This document shows, in pieces, positions 8,337-14,454 of a DNA stretch of 15,828 nucleotides; position 1 is the first letter of the stretch, and every line of letters starts with the position of its first letter. The notes beneath the pieces were generated by a model. The model was not told the origin of the DNA and searched no databases. It saw nothing but the letters and a program-made list of their open reading frames with translations. This stretch comes from Candidatus Geothermincola secundus (lineage in GTDB: Bacteria; Actinomycetota; Geothermincolia; Geothermincolales; Geothermincolaceae): contig JACVIY010000060.1 of assembly GCA_015711755.1 (NCBI GenBank), positions 1 through 15,828 on the forward strand, given 5' to 3'. The translations under genes were made by a program, and so were the position numbers.

Positions 8337-9152
8337 TCAGAACGGGCGGGCGGGGTCCTTCTTCCATCCGGCCATGGTCTTCTCCTGGCCGAGCAGATGA
8401 AAGACGAAGTCCACCATCTTGGGAAGCATCAGCCCGCGGGCCAGGGCCGTGGCCCGCACGGCGAAGCGCGGCACCGCCACCTCCGCCTGATTCTTCTTCA
8501 CCGCCCTGATAACGGCGTCGGCCACCTTTTGGGGATCCTGCCAGCGGGTGATGAAGGGGACTTTGCCTCCCTCGAACATGCCCGTCTTGACATAGCCCGG
8601 GTCGATGATGGTGAAGTCCACGCCGCTGCGGTAGAGCTCCTGCCGGATGGAATCGGTGATGCCGATGAGAGCGTGCTTGCTGGCGCAGTACCCGCCCATG
8701 AGAGCGTTGCCCACCTTGCCGGCGATGGAGCAGATGTTGACCACGTGGCCCCGTTTTCTCTCGAGCATGGGGGGCACGAACGCCTGCATCATCCAAACGC
8801 TCCCGAAATAGTTGACGTCCATCATGCGGCGCAGGGAGGACTCGGGAAGGTCCAGTACCGCACGGCAATCGGTGATCCCCGCGTTGTTTATCAGCACATC
8901 GACCGGCCCGACCTCCCTCTCCACCCTTTCGGCCAGAGCGAAGCAGGCCTCGCGGTCGGAGATGTCGTGCACGTATGAGCGGACCTCCCATCCCCGCGAC
9001 CGCATCTCCTCAGCCGTCTTCTCCAGCTCCGCGCCGTCCACGTCGGTGATGACCACGCGGCATCCTTCCCGGGCGAAGCCCTCCGCTTCAAGCCTGCCCA
9101 TCCCCCGGGCCGCTCCGGTCACCAGGACCACTTTTCCCGCCAGATCCCTCAT
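8337..9152 (-). CDS. Short-chain dehydrogenase/reductase (SDR family oxidoreductase).
   Basis: TGAARGMG (TGxxxGxG), NNAG and YCASK (YxxxK) motifs. Start chosen at ATG 9152 (MRDLAGKVVLVTGA), preceded by AAAGGAGTG at 5-nt spacing. The track start 9167 has no RBS at usable distance. Confidence 0.85.
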   Translation of the reverse strand: MRDLAGKVVLVTGAARGMGRLEAEGFAREGCRVVITDVDGAELEKTAEEMRSRGWEVRSYVHDISDREACFALAERVEREVGPVDVLINNAGITDCRAVLDLPESSLRRMMDVNYFGSVWMMQAFVPPMLERKRGHVVNICSIAGKVGNALMGGYCASKHALIGITDSIRQELYRSGVDFTIIDPGYVKTGMFEGGKVPFITRWQDPQKVADAVIRAVKKNQAEVAVPRFAVRATALARGLMLPKMVDFVFHLLGQEKTMAGWKKDPARPF

Positions 9153-9345
9153 CGGCACTCCTTTCATCCCGTGCGGGGCCAGCTCCCGAAAGGCCGACCG
9201 AGAATCAGACCATCGCTCAAATCAAAAAGGCGTTTTTGAGTCAAGATGCCTGCAGATCTCGGTAGATCCATTATATTATCCATATTCTCGATCACCCTTT
9301 CGACATATCTTACTCTAAATCCCGCAGCGAGGCCCTCAACGGGGT

Positions 9346-10521
9346 TCAGGCCAAGACGTTCTGGTCGAGCCAGGCGGATATGGCCGGATACACCTTCTCC
9401 TCCACTCCCTTTCCCATGACCAGGTCGGTGTGGCCGTAGCCGGGGAAACAGATGAAGTCCTTACGCGTGCTGGAGACGCGCTCGTAGCCGTAGCGGCGGA
9501 TGCACTCGTGGCTGGCGAAATCCTCCGTCCCGGTGACAAAGAGCATGGGGACGGTGATGCGTTCCATCCCGTCCGTGTAGTTATAGCTGCGGTCATGCGA
9601 CAGATAGTCTCCGTTGATCAGGCCGAAGACGAGCTGTCGGGCCATGGCCGGCGAGACGTCATCTCCCGCCCAGCGGAGCAAGCTCACCGCGGCGTCCGCC
9701 TCCACGTTGCGCCAATTGTAGAGGAGTATGCCCGCTGGGCTGAGGGCCACCATGGCCGCTCCCCGCGGATGCCTCTGAGCCCAGCGCCCAACCGGCACCC
9801 CCAGGGAAACCCGCTTCCCCCGCCTTTCCATCAGGCGCAGGCCGGCCATCATCCCCCGCAGCCCCGCTTTCGCGACCGCGGAGTTGGAGAGGAACCCGAA
9901 GAACCCTCCCTTTTCCCAGTGAAAGGCGGGCGGGCTTCCGACGGCCACCCCCGCTGCCACCATGGAATTGCGCTCGGCGGCCAGTCCGGCGTCAGCTCGG
10001 AACACGCCGTGCCCCCTCGATTCCTCAAAGGTGGCACCTTGCAGGTAGCAGAAAAGGACCATGCCCCCCATGCTGTGGCCGATCCATGCGGGCTTGCGGC
10101 CGGTGGCCTCGCTCACCCCGCGCACCAACGCGTCGGCATCGTAGGCGGCGAGGTGGTCTATGGAGTGGCCCCAACCTCCGCTGTCGGATACGCTGCTGCC
10201 CCTCCCGTTGCCTCGGAAGTTGGCTATCCAGACGTCGAAGCCCCCGCGGGCCAGGAAGACGGCCAGATTGCGTCCCGGCCTAGGCAGGTCGAATTCGTTG
10301 CCGTTGCCCTCGAAGCCGTGGGCCAGTATGACCGGCCTGCCGCCGTCCGCGACGTAACGCTTCCCCCTCAAAACTACCCCGTCCGCGGTTGAGATCTCCC
10401 ATATCTCCCGAGGCAGCCCCGTTCCCTGCTCTTCCTCAGGCGCAGGCATAGGGGTTCGACTCCAGCGCAAGGCCAGGGCTGACGCCGCGGCGGCTGTGCC
10501 CGTGATCAGAAGCTTCCTCAA
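9346..10521 (-). CDS. Secreted alpha/beta-hydrolase (lipase/esterase-like).
   Basis: GHSMGG nucleophile elbow and a C-terminal GYGHTD. Preferred start is the in-frame TTG at 10521, preceded by GAGGAGGG at 8 nt, giving the signal peptide MRKLLITGTAAAASALALRWS. The alternative ATG at 10575 (track) has a weak RBS. Confidence 0.75.
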   Translation of the reverse strand: MRKLLITGTAAAASALALRWSRTPMPAPEEEQGTGLPREIWEISTADGVVLRGKRYVADGGRPVILAHGFEGNGNEFDLPRPGRNLAVFLARGGFDVWIANFRGNGRGSSVSDSGGWGHSIDHLAAYDADALVRGVSEATGRKPAWIGHSMGGMVLFCYLQGATFEESRGHGVFRADAGLAAERNSMVAAGVAVGSPPAFHWEKGGFFGFLSNSAVAKAGLRGMMAGLRLMERRGKRVSLGVPVGRWAQRHPRGAAMVALSPAGILLYNWRNVEADAAVSLLRWAGDDVSPAMARQLVFGLINGDYLSHDRSYNYTDGMERITVPMLFVTGTEDFASHECIRRYGYERVSSTRKDFICFPGYGHTDLVMGKGVEEKVYPAISAWLDQNVLA

Positions 10522-10639
10522 TCGATCATCCCTCCTCGACCATGATATCCACCCCGCTCTATCCTCGCCCTTCACGGCAAGGCTTGCGGCAGCCGCTGCG
10601 AGCCTCGCCGCCCCTCAGCGCCGACGGGCCGCACTGCCG

Positions 10640-10672
10640 AAAAAAGAGGAGCCCCGCCGGCAGCGGGGCTCC
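10640..10672 (-). terminator. Intrinsic terminator downstream of the chagasin-like gene.
   Basis: On the minus strand, GGAGCCCCGC-ugccg-GCGGGGCUCC (10-bp perfect stem, 5-nt loop) is followed by UCUUUUUUCGG. On the plus strand this reads aaaaaaga ggagccccgc cggca gcggggctcc. Confidence 0.75.
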
Positions 10673-10689
10673 CTCTCCGCCGAGGCCTT

Positions 10690-11595
10690 TCAATGGCCCT
10701 TTTTCTCCTTTTCCGCTTCCTTCTTTATCTCCACCTGGAAGGTGAGCGTCTTCTCCGCGGGCCGGTCCGTCTCCCAGGGACGCAGGTACCGCAGCTCAAT
10801 CTCCGACTCCCCCTCCGCTATCGCGCGGAAGGTGAAGACCTCCAGGCCGCCGGCCCCAACCAGCTCGCCGCGGCCTTCCTCGCCCTTTTTCTCTTCCCCG
10901 CCCTCTTCCTTCTTCTCGTACTCGCGGCTCACCAGGTAGAGCAGGCCCTGGTCGTAGGAGGCCAGCTGCCAAGAGTACCCGGTGGTGGGGTTGGAATCAA
11001 GGGCCAGGGCGAATTCGGTCTGCAGGCCTACCTCCAGGGTCTTATCCGCATCAGCTTCGCCGTGACGCTCCGCTTCCTTGCCGGAGCCGCCCTTGGGCAC
11101 CACATCCACGATGAAGGCGCGCTCTTCGGGCTCCCCTTCCTCCGCTGCCACTTCCTCGCTTTGCCCGCCCGTGGCGGCAGAGGCGTACGGGCCGGAGGCA
11201 TGCTCATCGCTTTTCTCCTCAGCGCCCTCATCGCCGCCCTCGACTTCCCAGGGGCGGACGCAGCGGAAGCTGAGCGTGGTCCTTCCCACCTCCAGGGCCT
11301 TGAAGGTCCATTTCTCCTCCCCCCCCGCGCCGAGCCGATCGGTTGCGGGCGGCTTGTATTCCATCTTCTCAAGCTCCAGGACGGCATGGTCGAACTCGCC
11401 GGCGAGCTGCCAGGAATACCCGGTGGTGGGATTGGCCTCCAGGGCGATGATGAACTCGCTGCCCTTCTCCACCACCAGGGGCGAGGAGTTGTTGCGGAAC
11501 ACCTCGGCCGACCCCGGCATCCGGCATCCGCCGGAAAGGAGCACCGCCGCGGCCACGATGACGGCTGCCGATGCTGCGGTCCTGTTCCCTCTCAT
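10690..11595 (-). CDS. Lipoprotein with two tandem chagasin-family (MEROPS I42) cysteine-peptidase-inhibitor domains joined by Glu-rich acidic linkers.
   Basis: Start at ATG 11595 with RBS GGAAGGAGTGGAGAAG. Lipobox signal MRGNRTAASAAVIVAAAVLLSGGC. The chagasin hallmark NPTTGYSWQLA appears twice (ALEANPTTGYSWQLAGEFD and ALDSNPTTGYSWQLASYDQ). The DNA 19-mer tacccggtggtgggrttgg is duplicated at about 10975 and 11417. Confidence 0.7.
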   Translation of the reverse strand: MRGNRTAASAAVIVAAAVLLSGGCRMPGSAEVFRNNSSPLVVEKGSEFIIALEANPTTGYSWQLAGEFDHAVLELEKMEYKPPATDRLGAGGEEKWTFKALEVGRTTLSFRCVRPWEVEGGDEGAEEKSDEHASGPYASAATGGQSEEVAAEEGEPEERAFIVDVVPKGGSGKEAERHGEADADKTLEVGLQTEFALALDSNPTTGYSWQLASYDQGLLYLVSREYEKKEEGGEEKKGEEGRGELVGAGGLEVFTFRAIAEGESEIELRYLRPWETDRPAEKTLTFQVEIKKEAEKEKKGH

Positions 11596-11848
11596 CTTCT
11601 CCACTCCTTCCTCGTGCGGGCATATGCCATAGGGCGCGAGGCCCATTCCGAAACCCCATATATTTTAACAGAAAGCCTCTCGATCATCGCGGGCCGCCCG
11701 TGTCCCCGCGAATCCGCTGAGAGAACGGATCGCGCCTCTTTGTGGCGCTCTTCAGCCCCCGCAGGCCCTCGCCTTTATGCGATAATTGCCGTGCTATCGG
11801 CAGATCGGAAAGAGCTCGGCGGCACGGCGCAAGTTCCGGAGGTGGGTA

Positions 11849-12784
11849 ATGAGGATAGCTAGGGATCTGACCGAACTGGTGGGGCATACTCCCTTGGTAC
11901 GTATCAACCGCCTGGTTGCGGGAGCGGGGGCGGAGGTGGTGGCCAAGCTGGAGTTCTTCAACCCCTGCGGCTCGGTCAAGGACCGCATCGGCGTCAGCAT
12001 GATCGAGGCGGCGGAGCGGGAGGGGCGCATAAGTCCAGGAAAAACCACAGTGATCGAGCCCACCTCCGGCAACACCGGGATCGCCCTGGCCTGGGTATGC
12101 GCCGCCAAGGGATACCGCCTGGTGGTGACCATGCCCGACACCATGAGCGCGGAGAGGCGCAACCTCCTGAGGGCGCTGGGAGCCCACCTCGTCCTCACCC
12201 CCGGATCGGAGGGGATGCGCGGGGCCATAGTAAAAGCCGAGGAGATGGCCGCCAGCAACCGCGACTACTTCATGCCCCAGCAGTTCGCCAATCCCGCCAA
12301 CCCGGAGGCGCACCGCCGAGGAACCGCCGAGGAGATCTGGGAGGACACCGACGGCCGCGCCGACGTCTTGGTCGCCGGAGTGGGCACGGGAGGCACGGTC
12401 ACGGGGGTGGGGCAGGCGCTCAAAGAGCGAAAGCCCTCCTTCCGAGTGGTGGCGGTGGAGCCCGCGGAGTCCCCGGTGCTGTCGGGAGGGAACGCCGGGC
12501 CCCACGGGATACAGGGGATAGGAGCGGGTTTCGTGCCCGAGATACTGGACCGAGAGGTCATTGACGATGTATTCAAGGTGACCACCGAACAGGCCTATGC
12601 CATGGCCCGCCGCCTGGCGCGGGAGGAAGGCATACTGGCGGGGATCTCCTCGGGCGCCGCCGTCCATGCGGCGGCGGAGCTGGCCTTCCGCCCCGAGAAC
12701 GAGGGCAAGCTGATGGTGGTCATCCTGCCCAGCACCGGGGAGCGCTATCTCTCCACTCCGCTGTTCCGCTTCGAGGAGGATTGA
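11849..12784 (+). CDS. cysK: Cysteine synthase A / O-acetylserine sulfhydrylase.
   Basis: PLP-lysine motif SVKDRIG, glycine loop [10 protein letters not shown] and overall CysK-like sequence. Start at ATG 11849 with GGAGGTGGG RBS. The track start 11786 lacks an RBS. Confidence 0.9.
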   Translation: MRIARDLTELVGHTPLVRINRLVAGAGAEVVAKLEFFNPCGSVKDRIGVSMIEAAEREGRISPGKTTVIEPTSGNTGIALAWVCAAKGYRLVVTMPDTMSAERRNLLRALGAHLVLTPGSEGMRGAIVKAEEMAASNRDYFMPQQFANPANPEAHRRGTAEEIWEDTDGRADVLVAGVGTGGTVTGVGQALKERKPSFRVVAVEPAESPVLSGGNAGPHGIQGIGAGFVPEILDREVIDDVFKVTTEQAYAMARRLAREEGILAGISSGAAVHAAAELAFRPENEGKLMVVILPSTGERYLSTPLFRFEED

Positions 12785-12869
12785 GGGAGCGCGGCATCCC
12801 GCCCGAGGACTCGGCAGCCGGGAAAAACGGGTTGGAGCGGCCCGGCGGTTTCATTAGATACGCGACTTC

Positions 12870-12897
12870 GGGGTGTGCAGAAATATTTGTCCCCTTT
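12870..12897 (+). terminator. Terminator-like hairpin GGGG...CCCC followed by UUUA, downstream of cysK.
   Basis: GGGG (12870-12873) pairs with CCCC (12891-12894), enclosing a partially self-paired AAATATTT-containing loop, then TTT. It lies ~85 nt after the cysK stop. An earlier hairpin GCCGGG-N18-CCCGGC-GGTTT is at 12817-12851. Confidence 0.3.
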
Positions 12898-12955
12898 AGC
12901 GTGCCTCTCGGTTCCGCGGATTTCCTCAAGGTTTGGTCCCGACAACTCTTTACTG

Positions 12956-12976
12956 CATTTTACAACTTGTAAAATG
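12956..12976. repeat. 21-bp perfect palindrome CATTTTACAA-c-TTGTAAAATG.
   Basis: Read directly: 10-1-10 perfect inverted repeat, AT-rich, in the 225-bp spacer between the convergent cysK and nitroreductase genes. Confidence 0.9.
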
Positions 12977-13009
12977 TTAGGTGTGAAGGGCCGACTCAAC
13001 CATCAGCGG

Positions 13010-13864
13010 TCAGCGCCGCTTTACAGGGATGGTCCTGCGCGGCGCCTCGCGCTTCCACTCGCTTTTGGCGTGCCCCACCATCAGCGCCCCCACCACCCTC
13101 TCCTTCCAGGGTATGCCCATGATGCGCAGGAGGCGGCGGTCCCAGTTGGCCGCCATGATCAGGAAGCCGTTGAAGCAGGTTCCCACGCCCGCTGTCTCCG
13201 CATAGAGCACGGCGTTCTCCGACGCCAGCCAGGCGTCCCCCTGGGCCATGGAGTTGAGGCGGGGAGCGGTGATGACCAGGAGGCAGGGTGCGTCGTAGAA
13301 GAGTACGTCGCGGTCCCTGGAGGGGTCGGTGATCATGAGGAAAGCTCCGGAGAGTATGCGGTGCTCCTCTTCGTCCAAGCCGCAGAGCCGCCAGGCCGCG
13401 GCGAAGATGGGAGTGTTAAAGATGCGGGCCATACGGCGGTAGTAGGCCAGGGTGCGGCGGCGCATGTCCTCGATGGTCCGCGGATCGCGGAAAACATAGG
13501 CCTTGAGGGGCCGGGAGTTGTGGGCGGAGGGGGCCACCGAGGCCGCCTCGATCATGCCTTGCAGCACCTCGTCCGGCACTTCCGCCCCTTTGCGGAAGCC
13601 GCGGCAGGAGCGGCGGCCCCGCAGCAGCCGCATCATGGCCTCGGGCGAGACGGGCCTCTCCGCGGGCAGCTCGCGGGCCTCTTCTTCCTCGTACCCCAGG
13701 ACGGTTATGGCCCCGCGGGGGCACACGGCGTAGCAGTGCCCGCACTCGATGCAGAGCGTCTCGCCCTCCGGCCTGACCACCGGGCCCCTGTCGATGACCA
13801 TGGCCAGGCACGCTTGCCAGCAGACGTTGCAGTTGTCGCACCTGTCGTAGTCTATGCGTATCAT
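13010..13864 (-). CDS. Nitroreductase-family protein with an N-terminal 2x[4Fe-4S] ferredoxin domain.
   Basis: Two CxxCxxCxxxCP motifs (CDNCNVCWQAC and CIECGHCYAVCP), then a nitroreductase-like domain. Strong RBS AAGGAGAAGTGG before ATG 13864. Confidence 0.8.
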   Translation of the reverse strand: MIRIDYDRCDNCNVCWQACLAMVIDRGPVVRPEGETLCIECGHCYAVCPRGAITVLGYEEEEARELPAERPVSPEAMMRLLRGRRSCRGFRKGAEVPDEVLQGMIEAASVAPSAHNSRPLKAYVFRDPRTIEDMRRRTLAYYRRMARIFNTPIFAAAWRLCGLDEEEHRILSGAFLMITDPSRDRDVLFYDAPCLLVITAPRLNSMAQGDAWLASENAVLYAETAGVGTCFNGFLIMAANWDRRLLRIMGIPWKERVVGALMVGHAKSEWKREAPRRTIPVKRR

Positions 13865-13894
13865 CCACTTCTCCTTGCCGTTGCTGTAAGATTT

Positions 13895-13918
13895 TGTCGG
13901 TCGATTATATCACCGACA
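13895..13918. promoter_or_regulatory. Inverted repeat TGTCGGT-N10-ACCGACA whose spacer carries a minus-strand TATAAT, a candidate operator/promoter for the nitroreductase gene and shared with the divergent cupin gene.
   Basis: 7-10-7 perfect arms. The spacer cgattatatc reads gatataatcg on the minus strand, so the TATAAT (plus 13904-13909) sits ~40 nt upstream of ATG 13864. Confidence 0.4.
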
Positions 13919-13955
13919 CCATCGGCGGGGAGCCCGCCGGGAAAGGGGCCCGGAC

Positions 13956-14303
13956 ATGGCAGCGGATGACAGAGGACGTTCGGCCGGCAACCTGGCGGGA
14001 CAGGTGCTGGACCTGGCCTCGCTGGTGGAATACCAGGAGGGGTCGGTGGTCAGCCGGGAGGTGGTGCGGGGCAAGACCGGCACGGTGACCGTTTTCGCCT
14101 TCGACGCCGGACAGGGGCTGAGCGAACACACCGCCCCCTTCGACGCCTTGGTCCTGGTCATCGAGGGCGAGGCCCGCATCACCATAGACGGCCGCCCCCA
14201 CATGGTCGGGCAGGGACAGATGATCATCATGCCCGCCGGACATCCCCACGCCCTCTTCGCCGAGCGCCCTTTCAAGATGCTCCTGGTGATGATCAGATCA
14301 TAG
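13956..14303 (+). CDS. Small cupin-domain protein (115 aa).
   Basis: Cupin motifs GLSEHTAPFDALVLVIEGEARITIDG and IIMPAGHPHAL. RBS GGAAAGGGG precedes ATG 13956. Confidence 0.65.
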   Translation: MAADDRGRSAGNLAGQVLDLASLVEYQEGSVVSREVVRGKTGTVTVFAFDAGQGLSEHTAPFDALVLVIEGEARITIDGRPHMVGQGQMIIMPAGHPHALFAERPFKMLLVMIRS

Positions 14304-14307
14304 GTCG

Positions 14308-14352
14308 ACCCGGCTTCGGGAACGGATCATCCATGCCGGACCGGGTTTTTTT
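14308..14352 (+). terminator. Intrinsic terminator after the cupin gene.
   Basis: ACCCGG (14308-14313) pairs with CCGGGU (14341-14346), enclosing an inner CCCG-gcuu-CGGG hairpin, followed by a U7 run (14346-14352). Confidence 0.5.
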
Positions 14353-14375
14353 GACACAAAACCCTCGAGTATGAT
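14351..14375 (+). promoter_or_regulatory. Candidate sigma70-type promoter: perfect -35 TTGACA with TATGAT/GATATG -10 candidates.
   Basis: TTGACA at 14351-14356. TATGAT at 14370-14375 (5/6 match, but 13-bp spacer). GATATG at 14373-14378 has a 16-bp spacer. Spacing is imperfect either way. Confidence 0.3.
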
Positions 14376-14389
14376 ATGTTGCGAAACGC

Positions 14390-14423
14390 AAGGCCGGGAT
14401 ATAAGGGTGAAGGGCCTTTTTTT
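14390..14423 (+). terminator. Hairpin plus U7 inside the leader of the repeat-protein gene, a possible attenuator or the 3' end of a tiny RNA.
   Basis: AAGGCC (14390-14395) pairs with GGCCUU (14413-14418) around a 17-nt loop, then UUUUUUU (14417-14423). It lies ~30 nt upstream of GTG 14455. Confidence 0.4.
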
Positions 14424-14454
14424 ATTGTGTCCGCCGCACGGGGGAGGTAATCAG

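Noticed and set aside
8119-8991. 290-aa minus ORF and 216-aa plus ORF (8328..8978) overlapping the SDR gene.
   Set aside because: The SDR frame carries TGxxxGxG, NNAG and YxxxK motifs. The others are low-complexity antisense or off-frame.
9430-10392. 320-aa plus-strand ORF opposite the hydrolase.
   Set aside because: Antisense to a GHSMGG-containing alpha/beta-hydrolase. Pro/Gly/Arg-rich with no motif.
10693-11862. 389-aa plus-strand ORF spanning the chagasin-like gene and into the cysK leader.
   Set aside because: Antisense to a gene with lipobox, strong RBS, terminator and duplicated NPTTGYSW motifs. It also crosses an intergenic region.
11684-12667. 327-aa minus ORF and other ORFs (11794..12258, 12097..12564) overlapping cysK.
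   Set aside because: cysK identity is unambiguous (SVKDR PLP site, GTGGT loop). The others are antisense or off-frame.
12956-12976. Whether the 21-bp palindrome is a dif/Xer recombination site or a mobile-element terminal inverted repeat.
   Set aside because: dif sites are about 28 bp with 11-bp arms around a 6-bp spacer, whereas this is 10-1-10. No second copy, target-site duplication, transposase or integrase gene is nearby.
12875-13969. 364-aa plus ORF and the 13416..13868 minus ORF over the nitroreductase gene.
   Set aside because: The real frame has two ferredoxin Cys clusters and a strong RBS. The others are Gly/Arg/Pro-rich artefacts.
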